Of a stretch of 64,000 nt of DNA, positions 45,638 to 54,704 are shown in pieces. The stretch is from Candidatus Latescibacterota bacterium (GTDB lineage Bacteria > Latescibacterota > UBA2968 > UBA8231). The stretch's first letter is position 1. Every line of letters begins with the position of its first letter. The notes beneath the pieces were generated by a model. That model did not search any database, had not been told where the DNA came from, and saw only the letters and a list, made by a program, of their open reading frames with translations. The stretch is taken from positions 4,000,001 through 4,064,000 of the forward strand of contig OZ241867.1 of assembly GCA_965203175.1 (NCBI GenBank), written 5' to 3'. The translations under genes and the position numbers were made by a program.

Positions 45638-46873
45638 ATGTTGGATCTCTATTCGGTAAAGACCCAAATAGACGGCATGGTGGCCGACGAGCGCCGCGTG
45701 CAAGAGGACTTTCGCGCCAAGCTCGAATTGGCTTTGGCCGAGTACCAGCGCTGGTTGCCCAACTGGGAGCGCTTGGCCCGCAAGATCGACTCCAGCCGCA
45801 CCTCTTGGCTGTTGCCCGGTTTGGGCGAGGGCCTAGGCAGCGGGATTGACCCGCCCGCCCGCCCGAACACCATCAGCATCGCCGCCACGGACGGCTCGCA
45901 AATTTTTCCCGACCGCCACGAGATCTCGGCCTGTTTTCTGATCAATATCGGCTACATCCTGCTGCACTACGGCACGGGTGAGAAGCCGCTGATGAGCAGC
46001 AAGCCGCGGCTCTATTACCGAGAGGAGGAAATCTACGAGGAATGGGGTGGGGCACGGGTCTTCGTCAATCGCGAGCTCGTCGGCTTTAAGCGCGGCCTCA
46101 TGGAGTTTACTGAGTTGGCCGATTTGGCGTTGGCAGCCCACGCCGAGGGACACCGGACGCTGGCGCTTTCCGATGGCACGCTGATTCTGTGGAACTTGGA
46201 GGGCAGGCCGCAGGACTTCCGCGCCGCGCACCTAGAGGCCACTATCGCGGCGATGGACGAGTTGCGCGAGGCGCGGGTGCCGGTAGCTGGGTACATTAGC
46301 CAGCCGGGGAGCCAAGAATTGATCAACGCCCTCAAGCTGGGACTGTGCCCGCTTGCCGCGGCCGACTGCGACCGCTGCCCTTATCAGGAAGAAAATCAAC
46401 TCCACTTCAGCCGCGAAGAAATCGACGCGCTGAACGGGGACTTGTGGCAGGGTCGCGGCTTGCCCTGTAGCCCAATTGAAGGGCTGAGCGACGCGGTCTT
46501 GGTGCGGCGCGTACTGCGCCCCGGGCAGCGCACGCCGCTCTACCGCAGTGCATCCAAGATCCTCGCCGAGTACGGGCCGCATCACATCTACTACTTTTAC
46601 CTGCACGTGGGAGCGGAGATCGGCCGGGTCGAAATCCCGGAATGGGTGGCGACTGATCGCGAGTTGCTCGACTTGGTTCACGCCTGTTTGTACGACCAAG
46701 CCGAAAAGGGCCAGGGCTATCCGGTTGCCTTGGCCGAGGCGCACGAGCGCGCCGTAGTGCGCAGTGCGGATCGCGAGACATTCTATCGCTTTTTGCGCGA
46801 CACCTTTGTCAAAAACGACCTGCAAACCCACTTGTCAACAAAGAGCTTTAAGAAGCGCTACACCGGCATTTAG
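45638..46873 (+). CDS. nurA: NurA 5'-3' nuclease
   Basis: 'AATDGSQI', 'LSDGTLILW', 'GYIS', 'RVEIPEWV', 'GYPVALAEAHERAVV'; start may be 45587. Confidence 0.9.
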   Translation: MLDLYSVKTQIDGMVADERRVQEDFRAKLELALAEYQRWLPNWERLARKIDSSRTSWLLPGLGEGLGSGIDPPARPNTISIAATDGSQIFPDRHEISACFLINIGYILLHYGTGEKPLMSSKPRLYYREEEIYEEWGGARVFVNRELVGFKRGLMEFTELADLALAAHAEGHRTLALSDGTLILWNLEGRPQDFRAAHLEATIAAMDELREARVPVAGYISQPGSQELINALKLGLCPLAAADCDRCPYQEENQLHFSREEIDALNGDLWQGRGLPCSPIEGLSDAVLVRRVLRPGQRTPLYRSASKILAEYGPHHIYYFYLHVGAEIGRVEIPEWVATDRELLDLVHACLYDQAEKGQGYPVALAEAHERAVVRSADRETFYRFLRDTFVKNDLQTHLSTKSFKKRYTGI

Positions 46874-46884
46874 GAGAGCCCACC

Positions 46885-47571
46885 GTGGAAACGGAACATC
46901 GCGTACTACAAGGTGCAACGGCTACCAAAGAGCGCGAGCAAAGCCCGCTGAGCCGCTTTCGGTCTGAGGCTCTGCCGTTGCCCGGCGACACTGAGGACGA
47001 GCGGACTCACGTCGGCGAAGTGGTCGAGAGCAGCACCACCGAGTTGATCGCCCAAGCGCGCGAGCTGCACGGCGCGCCCTCCTTTGGTCAGTTCGTCCGC
47101 GTGGAAGCCGATATGCCGGTGGTCGGCATTGTGTTCAACGTCTTCACGCACTCCATCGAGCCGAACCGTCGGCCCACGGCCTACGGCAAGACCGAAGAGG
47201 AACTGCGCCTAGAACAGCCGCAAATTTTCGAACTGCTGCGCACGGAGTTCCAAGCCCTCGTCATTGGCTATTTGGAGGGCGATGAGTCCGTGCAAATCTT
47301 GCCGCCGCAGCCAGCGCGCATCCACAGCTTTGTGTACTTGTGCTCAGACGAGCAAGTGCGGGCCTTTACTCGCACTGACGACTATCTGCGCAGCATTCTC
47401 AACACGTCCAAAATACCCACTGACGAGCTGGTGATCGCCGTGTTGCGCCACACGGTGCGCGCGCACGCACACGCGCCGTCCTATTTGGTGCAGATGGGCA
47501 AGGAACTGTCGCGGCTCCTCAGCGACGACTACGACCGGCTCAGCTCAATTATCCGACGGGTGGTCAACTGA
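46885..47571 (+). CDS. Stand-alone HAS-barrel protein
   Basis: 'VGEVVESSTTE', 'PSFGQFVRV', 'LPPQPARIHSFV'; sits between nurA and herA. Confidence 0.75.
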   Translation: METEHRVLQGATATKEREQSPLSRFRSEALPLPGDTEDERTHVGEVVESSTTELIAQARELHGAPSFGQFVRVEADMPVVGIVFNVFTHSIEPNRRPTAYGKTEEELRLEQPQIFELLRTEFQALVIGYLEGDESVQILPPQPARIHSFVYLCSDEQVRAFTRTDDYLRSILNTSKIPTDELVIAVLRHTVRAHAHAPSYLVQMGKELSRLLSDDYDRLSSIIRRVVN

Positions 47572-47573
47572 CG

Positions 47574-49256
47574 ATGGCAAAATACGCGCGCAACGGAGTG
47601 CCAGCCGCAGCCGGTCGCGGAAAGCAAATTGGGGTGATTACCAAAGGCTCGCTGGTCGAGGGGCTGGAGATGAAGCTCGACCCCGAGCAGAATGTCGAGG
47701 ACATGAAGGCCGGCAAGTTCGTGGTCATCGAGGGCGACAAAAACGACTTCTTCTCCATGGTCACCGACATGCGCCTCGACGCCAACAACCAAGAAATTCT
47801 CCTGCATCCCCCGGGCCAAGAAGACGCGCTTCTGCGCCAAGTGCTCGCCGGCACCAGCACGTACAACATCGTCTCGCTGCGGCCCATGCTGATGATGCCC
47901 AAGGACGCGGTGGCCGACGAAGGCCCGCGCCCGGTCAAGGCCATTCCGAGCCACTTCTCCGAAGTCCAAGAGGCCATGGCCGACGACGTGGCCAAGATTT
48001 TCGGCTGCGAGGGCGACGCCGAGGGCCGCTACTTCAGCATCGGCAACCCGCTCGACATGGACACGCAGGTCTGCCTCGACATGATCCGCTTTGCCGAGCG
48101 CTCCAACGGCATCTTCGGCAAGACGGGCACGGGCAAGTCCTTCCTAACTCGGCTGGCGCTGTGCGGGCTGATTCACTACGACAAGGCCGTCAACCTAATC
48201 TTCGACATGCACAACGAGTACGGGTTCAAGGCCATGAAGGAAAACGGCTCCACCACGACCTTCGTCAAGGGTCTCAAGCAGCTTTTCGGCGAGCGGGTGG
48301 CGATTTTTTCCTTAGACCCGCAATCGACCCGCGCCCGCGGCGTGCAGCCGGATCACGAGGTCTATATCTCCTACGACCAGATCACCGTCGAAGACATTGC
48401 CCCGCTGCAAGACGAGTTGAAGCTCAACCCCACGGCTGTGGAGTCGGCCTACTTGGTGTACGCGATTTACAAGGAGCGCTGGCTGAGCACGCTCTTGAAG
48501 TTGGAAGGCCCGGATGTAGAGGAATTTGCCCGCGAGATCGGCGCGCACGCCGGGTCTTTAGTAGCCCTGCACCGCAAGCTCAAACGGCTGGAAAACTTTC
48601 CCTTTATGGTCTCCAAGCTACGGGACGGCGACGTGGTGGATCGCATCATGGAATACCTCGACAAGGGGATCAACGTGGTGCTGGAGTTTGGGCAGCAGAC
48701 GAGTATGCTGTGCTACTTGCTGGTGGCCAATATCATCGCGCGGCGCATCCACGAGATGTACGTCAAGAAAAGCGAGCGCTTCTATGCCACCCAGCGCCCT
48801 GAAGATCAGCCGCGTCAGCTCATGATTACCATTGAGGAGGCGCACAAATTCCTCAACCCCATGGCGGCCAAGCAGACCATCTTCGGCACCATTGCCCGCG
48901 AGATGCGCAAGTACTATGTCTCGCTGTTGGTCGTCGATCAGCGGCCGTCGAGCATTGATGACGAAGTGCTCTCGCAGATCGGCACGCGCATCACGGCCCT
49001 GCTCAACGACGAGAAGGATATTCAAGCGGTGCTCACCGGCGTTAGCGGCACCGAAGGGCTGCGCAGCGTGCTGGCCAGCCTCGACTCCAAGCAGCAGGCG
49101 TTGATCATCGGCCACGCCGTGCCCATGCCGGTGGTGATAAAGACCCGGGACTACGACGCCCAGTTCTACGGCGCGATGGGCTGTATGGACGACCTGCCCG
49201 CCGAGGAGCGGCGGGAGAAGGTGGAGCGGGATGTGGCGGCGTTGTTTGGGGAGTAG
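47574..49256 (+). CDS. herA: HerA/FtsK-family ATPase/helicase (DUF87)
   Basis: N-terminal barrel; 'GKTGTGKS', 'FDMHNEYG', 'IEEAHKF', 'REMRKY', 'DQRPS'. Confidence 0.9.
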   Translation: MAKYARNGVPAAAGRGKQIGVITKGSLVEGLEMKLDPEQNVEDMKAGKFVVIEGDKNDFFSMVTDMRLDANNQEILLHPPGQEDALLRQVLAGTSTYNIVSLRPMLMMPKDAVADEGPRPVKAIPSHFSEVQEAMADDVAKIFGCEGDAEGRYFSIGNPLDMDTQVCLDMIRFAERSNGIFGKTGTGKSFLTRLALCGLIHYDKAVNLIFDMHNEYGFKAMKENGSTTTFVKGLKQLFGERVAIFSLDPQSTRARGVQPDHEVYISYDQITVEDIAPLQDELKLNPTAVESAYLVYAIYKERWLSTLLKLEGPDVEEFAREIGAHAGSLVALHRKLKRLENFPFMVSKLRDGDVVDRIMEYLDKGINVVLEFGQQTSMLCYLLVANIIARRIHEMYVKKSERFYATQRPEDQPRQLMITIEEAHKFLNPMAAKQTIFGTIAREMRKYYVSLLVVDQRPSSIDDEVLSQIGTRITALLNDEKDIQAVLTGVSGTEGLRSVLASLDSKQQALIIGHAVPMPVVIKTRDYDAQFYGAMGCMDDLPAEERREKVERDVAALFGE

Positions 49257-49267
49257 GGGAGGACGCG

Positions 49268-50128
49268 ATGGAAACGTTTTCGAGCGAACAACACGTCATC
49301 TACCACGGCGATGCGGTCTGTGTTCTGGAATCGGATCGGATTCCAGAGGCTAGCATTGACCTGATATTCGTCGATCCGCCGTACAATATAGGCAAGAATT
49401 TCAACGGGCGACGCGACAAATGGCCCAGCGAAAAGGCGTACTTCGCGTGGGTATCCCGCTGGCTCGATCTCTGTGTCCGTAAGCTCAAGCCGACCGGCAG
49501 CCTGTATTTAATGTGTGCCACGCAGTGTTTTGCGTCGTTTGATTTGCTCTTGCGCCAACGCCTGGCCATCCTCTCACGGATTGTCTGGCACTACGACAGC
49601 TCCGGCGTTCAAGCAAAGCGGTACTTTGGTTCTCTTTGGGAGCCGATATTTCACTGTGTGAAGGATCCCAAGCACTATATCTTCAATGCAGACGACATCC
49701 TCGTTGAGGCCAAAACTGGGGCGCAGCGCAAACTAATTGACTATCGCAAACCGGTTCCCACCCAATACAATACTAAAAAAGTGCCCGGCAATGCCTGGTA
49801 CTTTCCACGAGTACGCTATCGGATGCCTGAGTACGAGGAACATCCGGCGCAAAAGCCGATTGTGTTACTAGAGCGTATTATTGCCGCTAGTTCAAATCCT
49901 GGAGATGTCGTCCTCGATCCATTCGCCGGAACATTTACTTCAGCTCGCGCTGCTGCCAATCTCAACCGTAGAAGCACGAGTATTGAGATTGACGAGGACT
50001 ACCTGAAAATTGGACTTAGACGGCTCGAACTGGCTGACGAGTACAAGGGAGAGCGTTTACACCGGCCGCTGAAGTCCTATGAAGACGGGTATTCCAGCGA
50101 GTCCAAAAACCTTACACTTTTCGAATAA
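49268..50128 (+). CDS. yhdJ: Beta-class N6-adenine DNA methyltransferase, YhdJ-like
   Basis: 'DPPYNIGKNF' precedes 'DPFAG'; 'SRIVW.YDSSGVQAK', 'VEAKTG.QR.LIDYRK', 'FPRVRY.M.EYE.HP.QKP' recalled from E. coli YhdJ. Confidence 0.88.
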   Translation: METFSSEQHVIYHGDAVCVLESDRIPEASIDLIFVDPPYNIGKNFNGRRDKWPSEKAYFAWVSRWLDLCVRKLKPTGSLYLMCATQCFASFDLLLRQRLAILSRIVWHYDSSGVQAKRYFGSLWEPIFHCVKDPKHYIFNADDILVEAKTGAQRKLIDYRKPVPTQYNTKKVPGNAWYFPRVRYRMPEYEEHPAQKPIVLLERIIAASSNPGDVVLDPFAGTFTSARAAANLNRRSTSIEIDEDYLKIGLRRLELADEYKGERLHRPLKSYEDGYSSESKNLTLFE

Positions 50129-51282
50129 TGAATCACTCCTTTACCTCCAAAATCATCGAGAAAGTAGAGCACGAATTTAACGAGCTTGGAAGGACTATCT
50201 TTGAATTAAGTCCACTTCTTCAGTATATCAACAAAAAGACGAAATCTGCTAACAGAGGTTCAAAAGCACGGAGCAGTTTTGCCAACCTCTACGCTCTTTA
50301 CGTCCTGATTGAAGACTACGTGGACAAGGGGTATCTCGAAAAGGGCGACTATGCAGAGTATGAAGGGGCCGACTTTACCCCACTATTGCGCCGGATGCGT
50401 GAACTTCCTTTCGGGGCGAAGTTGCAGAATCACGCGCTCAATAATCGTGCGAATGACGAATTTCACAAGTATTTTCCTGAAGATGATCGACGCCCAATAC
50501 TTAGAGACGTTTCGAGTCGGAAGTATTGGATCAATGAGGCATTATTGACTGTCTTGGTAGGAGAGCGTAAATGCATCCTTGCTCAAGTAGTACTTCGAAT
50601 TATTGACCTTTACGTTGAAACTAAGCGCGAATCGTTTTCTCAGTTTATTGAAGACTGTGAACGGCTGCAGAAAGCAAATGAAAAAGAGAATGATGAAGCA
50701 GCAGAATTTATCAGATCGCTGTTATCTCCAGAGCGAGATGCCAGACTATTTGAAATAGCGAGCTACGCGATCCTCAAAGCTCATTTTTCGGTAGAAATTA
50801 TCTTTATTGGAAAGACTCGCGATACTATCCAAAAAGAAGCATTGGAGTTGTTCAAGACAGGGCGAACTAATGCTAATGACGGCGGTATTGACTTTGTCAT
50901 GAGGCCGCTGGGTAGATTTTTTCAAGTTACAGAAACTCTCGATATAAAAAAATACTTTTTGGACATAGACAAAATTGAGAGGTATCCAATTTCGTTTGTG
51001 ATTAAGACCACGCTTGAGGTCGATGAAATTCGGTCGCGCTTAGAAGCTGGTGCTAAAGAGCAATACGGAGTGCGTGAGATTGTGCAGCGATACATGACTG
51101 CTATAGAAGACATTTTCAATATTCCCAAATTGATCGGGATTTTTAATATCTTAGCGAATCAAGATCGAGTCTCTGAGGTGCTAGACGAAATAATTCGCTG
51201 GAGCAAAGTGGAGTTCAATATTGAAGACGATCTAGATTCTTCTGAAAGTGTCGCTGACGAAGACGAGGATACCGACGATTGA
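50128..51282 (+). CDS. Putative type II restriction endonuclease
   Basis: TAATG coupling to the MTase; PD-(D/E)xK-like 'DGGIDF...FFQVT'; visibly AT-richer than the backbone. Confidence 0.7.
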   Translation: MNHSFTSKIIEKVEHEFNELGRTIFELSPLLQYINKKTKSANRGSKARSSFANLYALYVLIEDYVDKGYLEKGDYAEYEGADFTPLLRRMRELPFGAKLQNHALNNRANDEFHKYFPEDDRRPILRDVSSRKYWINEALLTVLVGERKCILAQVVLRIIDLYVETKRESFSQFIEDCERLQKANEKENDEAAEFIRSLLSPERDARLFEIASYAILKAHFSVEIIFIGKTRDTIQKEALELFKTGRTNANDGGIDFVMRPLGRFFQVTETLDIKKYFLDIDKIERYPISFVIKTTLEVDEIRSRLEAGAKEQYGVREIVQRYMTAIEDIFNIPKLIGIFNILANQDRVSEVLDEIIRWSKVEFNIEDDLDSSESVADEDEDTDD

Positions 51283-51314
51283 AAGGCTAATGATGCCGAG
51301 TTGGTCGGTCACGG

Positions 51315-51351
51315 AAAAGCGGGCAGTTCGTCTATGAACTGCCCGCTTTTT
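51315..51351. terminator. Bidirectional Rho-independent terminator
   Basis: AAAAGCGGGCAGTTC-gtctat-GAACTGCCCGCTTTT between convergent genes. Confidence 0.85.
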
Positions 51352-51381
51352 CGCGTTACTTGAATAAAGTTACTAGGCCGG

Positions 51382-52221
51382 CTATATGGCCGAAAACAGG
51401 AAAGAATGCGGTAGTTTGGCGTTGTAGACGACCTCTACAAAGCGCCACATCGCCCGCTCTGGATCCCAGACCAGCCGACAGAAGAAGGGCGTGCAGATCG
51501 GTCCTTCCGATCCGGCGAACTCGGCTGGCTCTTCGGTGACAAACGCGATGTCGGTGAAGACCCGCTGCTCACCAGCCCGCAGTGCCCCGTCAACCTCTTG
51601 CTGCAATTTGAATCTGGCCTTGACAGCTTCCCTCGGGTACGTGCTCTCGTAGTGGCCCTGCTTGACAGCTTCCCTCGGGTAAATGTGATAGCTCTCGTAG
51701 TGGCCCTGCATCTCGAACACCTTGAACGTGCTGTGGCGCAAGAAGGCCTTGCCGAAGCGGTATTCATAGCCTTGGCCGTCGAGTACGGCGCGGTGCATGG
51801 CACGGAAGATGTCAAAGGGCGTGTCGTCTCTGGGGATGCCCCAATCCGCTAGGGTCTCTTGCATGTTTTTTATAGCTCTGGGGTTGTTGACGCCCTCGCG
51901 CAGGTAAAACTGGGCGGCGAGGCTATCATTGCCAGAGGCGGAGAAGGCGACGAGAAAGTCGTAGAGCCAGTCGCGCAGGTCGGCTTCTTGCTCGGGGGTG
52001 ATGGGGACGCCCGCGGCGACGGGGATGGTCGTAATGGCCTGCCACAACTTGGGACCGGCTTTGACCTTGATCTTCTTCGCGGTATGGACATAGTCAAGCA
52101 AGCCCTGGAGCTTGTCGAGGCGGGGCTCAAAGCCGCCGTGGGGATACTTGGTCTCGACGGCCGCGACGCTGGAGAAGGTAATCAGCGCGAGAGATAGGAT
52201 GCGAATGGCTAAGGGTTGCAT
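51382..52221 (-). CDS. Secreted hypothetical protein, paralog A
   Basis: MQPLAIR start after AAGGAGG; signal peptide; homologous to 59345-60241. Confidence 0.75.
   Translation of the reverse strand: MQPLAIRILSLALITFSSVAAVETKYPHGGFEPRLDKLQGLLDYVHTAKKIKVKAGPKLWQAITTIPVAAGVPITPEQEADLRDWLYDFLVAFSASGNDSLAAQFYLREGVNNPRAIKNMQETLADWGIPRDDTPFDIFRAMHRAVLDGQGYEYRFGKAFLRHSTFKVFEMQGHYESYHIYPREAVKQGHYESTYPREAVKARFKLQQEVDGALRAGEQRVFTDIAFVTEEPAEFAGSEGPICTPFFCRLVWDPERAMWRFVEVVYNAKLPHSFLFSAI
51619..51708. repeat. In-frame tandem duplication (42 + 48 bp) in paralog A
   Basis: QGHYESYHIYPREAVK / QGHYESTYPREAVK. Confidence 0.9.
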
Positions 52222-52268
52222 GATGCCCTCCTTGTGGAAGAGTGGGTTGTTGCTTCGGTAAGCACTAC

Positions 52269-52285
52269 TGCAACTATCGTGCCAA
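52269..52285 (-). promoter_or_regulatory. Sigma-54 promoter of paralog A
   Basis: Minus strand TTGGCACGATAGTTGCA matches the TGGCAC-N5-TTGC consensus. Confidence 0.85.
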
Positions 52286-52336
52286 TGGAGGGAACCAGCG
52301 GTCGCCAATCGCGCTGATCATTTTGTTTTTTATATC

Positions 52337-52349
52337 TAACTTCCTGTTA
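52337..52349 (-). promoter_or_regulatory. IHF-like site
   Basis: Minus strand TAACAG-GAAG-TTA (one mismatch to WATCAR-N4-TTR) in an AT-rich tract; conserved at 60359-60371. Confidence 0.55.
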
Positions 52350-52460
52350 AATAATGTTTTATAAAAGCAAGATAATTTTTTCGCATATCTCTCAAATCCT
52401 TTCTGCCATCCCTTAATACTCTAAATCTGGCCATATCCGCCGTTTTGGTGATCTAACCAC

Positions 52461-52497
52461 TGTGCGCCAGCGAACAGCAGGTGTTCGCCAGCGGACA
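52461..52497. promoter_or_regulatory. Upstream activator sites: two TGT-N10-ACA palindromes, 21-bp spacing
   Basis: TGTGCGCCAGCGAACA (52461) and TGTTCGCCAGCGGACA (52482). Confidence 0.65.
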
Positions 52498-52557
52498 GTA
52501 GGGGTTAGTTGATGCGGAATCCAGTTTGTGTATGCTCAATCCAAGTCTTCTGCCAAC

Positions 52558-53280
52558 CTAGGCTGCTGGCAGGACGGGCCGCTCTACGTATTCGACGTAG
52601 AGGCGCTCCAAGTCGGTTTCTTGGAATTCGTCGCGGGTGAGCGTCTTGACGAGGTGGCCCTCGACCATGATGCCGAGCCGGTCGGCGATCACGCGAGCGC
52701 GGAATACATCGTGCGTGGTCATCCAGATGGCCTTGCCCTCGTTGCGTAGCTCGTCCAACAGCTCCAAAAACTCGGCCCCGGACTTGGGATCGAGGCCCGA
52801 CGTAGGCTCGTCGAGCAACACGATGCGGGCGTCCTTGGCGATGGCAATGGCAATGCCCAGCTTCTGGCGCATCCCCTTGGAAAACTCCTTGACTCGCCGG
52901 TCAAACGCCTCTTGTTGCAGGCCGACGCGCGCCATGATCGCGTCGTAGTGCGCGGCGTCTTGGGGCGGTTGGCCGCTCAAGCGGGTGAAGAAGTCCAAGT
53001 TCTGCCGCGCGCTAAAGTTGCCGTAGAGCATGACGTTTTCCGAGACATAGGCTACGTGCTTTTTGGCCTCTAAGGGCTGCTCGGTGATGTCGATGCCGCA
53101 CAGCTTGACCGTCCCTTGGGTGGGTTCGGTAAAGCCCAACGCGACCATCAAGGTCGTGGTCTTGCCCGCGCCGTTGGCTCCGAGCATGGTGAAGATCTCG
53201 CCGCCTTCGATGGTCAGGTTGAGGTCGGTGACCGCTTTGACGTCACCGTAGTGCTTGGAAAGTCCGATGATCTCCAACAT
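52558..53280 (-). CDS. ABC transporter ATP-binding protein (ABC-2 type)
   Basis: 'GANGAGKTT', 'FSKGMRQK', 'LLDEPTSGLDP'. Confidence 0.95.
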   Translation of the reverse strand: MLEIIGLSKHYGDVKAVTDLNLTIEGGEIFTMLGANGAGKTTTLMVALGFTEPTQGTVKLCGIDITEQPLEAKKHVAYVSENVMLYGNFSARQNLDFFTRLSGQPPQDAAHYDAIMARVGLQQEAFDRRVKEFSKGMRQKLGIAIAIAKDARIVLLDEPTSGLDPKSGAEFLELLDELRNEGKAIWMTTHDVFRARVIADRLGIMVEGHLVKTLTRDEFQETDLERLYVEYVERPVLPAA

Positions 53281-53294
53281 GATGCGATCCTTTC

Positions 53295-54704
53295 TCAAGG
53301 TGTTTTGTAAAACTCGCTGTTGAGCGCGCGGCCCAGTATCCGCCGCAGCTCTTCAGCCGCGAGGATGTAGGCCAAGCGCTCGGCAAAATAGCTCTGCTCG
53401 GCGAAGTTGACAGCGACCCGCTGGCGGCGGATGTCGTCGAAGTTGAGGTTGCCCATAGCGTTCTCAAACAGCTCTTCGACCGTGTCCAAACGCTGGCGGG
53501 CTACATCGGCGCGGCGGCGCAGAATCTGCGTGTTTTCCCGTCGGCTTTTTAAGTCGTAAAAGGCTTCGACCACTTCGAGTTCAATCAAGTTGCGGGTTTC
53601 GTCGCGGTCTTGGCGCAGTTCGCGGAGCCGCGCCCGCTCTTGGGCGGACTGCGCCAACCGGCGGCCGCCTTGGAACAGGGGCAGCGACACGTTGGCCATT
53701 ACGCGCCAGCCTTCCCCCATGTCCAGCGCGGGATCCAAGCCTTGGCTGGCGAGCGAGCGGCGACCGGATCCTACCAGCTTCCACGTTTGGCCGTTGCCGC
53801 TCCAGTTCAAGCCGAGGTCGGTGTCTTGGACATCCTTAGTCAGTTGCAGGCCGACTTGGGGTAGCCACTGCCAGAAAACACTGCGCACCTGATGCCGCTG
53901 TTCGCCTATTTGCCAGACGAGTTCGGCGAGGTGGGGCCGGTTGGCGCGGGCTTCCTCGATGAGGGCTGGTAGGTCCGCTTCGCTGGGGTTGAGTAGCTGG
54001 AGTTGCTCGTAGGGCGGGCCGACGATCTCGATGGCGCGGAGCGAGCGCTTGCCCACCAGGCCGATCTCGGTAAAGAGCTGCAGATGCAGGGCGCGCAACG
54101 CGCGCTGGAGGTTATTGATGCGGGACTGTTCCTCCAGCACCTCTAGCTCGGCCTCGTGCAGTTCTACGGGCCGCGCCAAGCCGGCGTCGAGGCGCGTTTG
54201 CACCCGGTCCATTTTAGCGCGGAAGTAAGCGAGCAACTCGTCGCGGCTGGCGATCTCGTCGCGCGTCAGCAACAGGCGGTAATAGGCTTGGCGCACCTTG
54301 CTATCCACGGCGATGATGGCCTCGCGGTAGCGCGCCTTTTCCGCCTGCTCCTGGTGCTTGGCGGCGAAGCGCGATGGGGTGGTGGCTCCGTAGCGTACGA
54401 TCTCTTGCTGGGCTTGCAAGAAAAGCTCGCGTTGGCTTCGACTGGTGCTCAGTCCAAGGTCGGTCTCCGGCGCGTCGGCGAATTCGCTGCGTGCGTAATC
54501 CGCGTTTAGGCCGATGGTCGGGAGCTGCTCGGCGTAGTCGAGGCGGGTGCGCGCCCTCATCTGGTTCCAGCGGGCACGCGCCGCCCCGAGTACTGGGCTG
54601 TGGTGGCCCGCTTCGCGCTGACAAGTCGTTAGATCCCACTCCTCTGCGGGGGCGACGGTCGCCAAGCAGCAGAGGGCGGCCAAGGCCGATCGATAAGCCG
54701 TCAT
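53295..54704 (-). CDS. TolC family outer-membrane efflux protein
   Basis: Signal peptide; two OEP repeats ('VRQAYYRL', 'SLPLFQGG', 'EVVEAFYDL'). Confidence 0.85.
   Translation of the reverse strand: MTAYRSALAALCCLATVAPAEEWDLTTCQREAGHHSPVLGAARARWNQMRARTRLDYAEQLPTIGLNADYARSEFADAPETDLGLSTSRSQRELFLQAQQEIVRYGATTPSRFAAKHQEQAEKARYREAIIAVDSKVRQAYYRLLLTRDEIASRDELLAYFRAKMDRVQTRLDAGLARPVELHEAELEVLEEQSRINNLQRALRALHLQLFTEIGLVGKRSLRAIEIVGPPYEQLQLLNPSEADLPALIEEARANRPHLAELVWQIGEQRHQVRSVFWQWLPQVGLQLTKDVQDTDLGLNWSGNGQTWKLVGSGRRSLASQGLDPALDMGEGWRVMANVSLPLFQGGRRLAQSAQERARLRELRQDRDETRNLIELEVVEAFYDLKSRRENTQILRRRADVARQRLDTVEELFENAMGNLNFDDIRRQRVAVNFAEQSYFAERLAYILAAEELRRILGRALNSEFYKTP

Noticed and set aside
45638-49256. 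HerA as part of a Sir2-HerA or DUF4297-HerA defence system
   Set aside because: Its partners are NurA and a HAS-barrel protein, the repair-type arrangement; no Sir2 or similar effector is adjacent.
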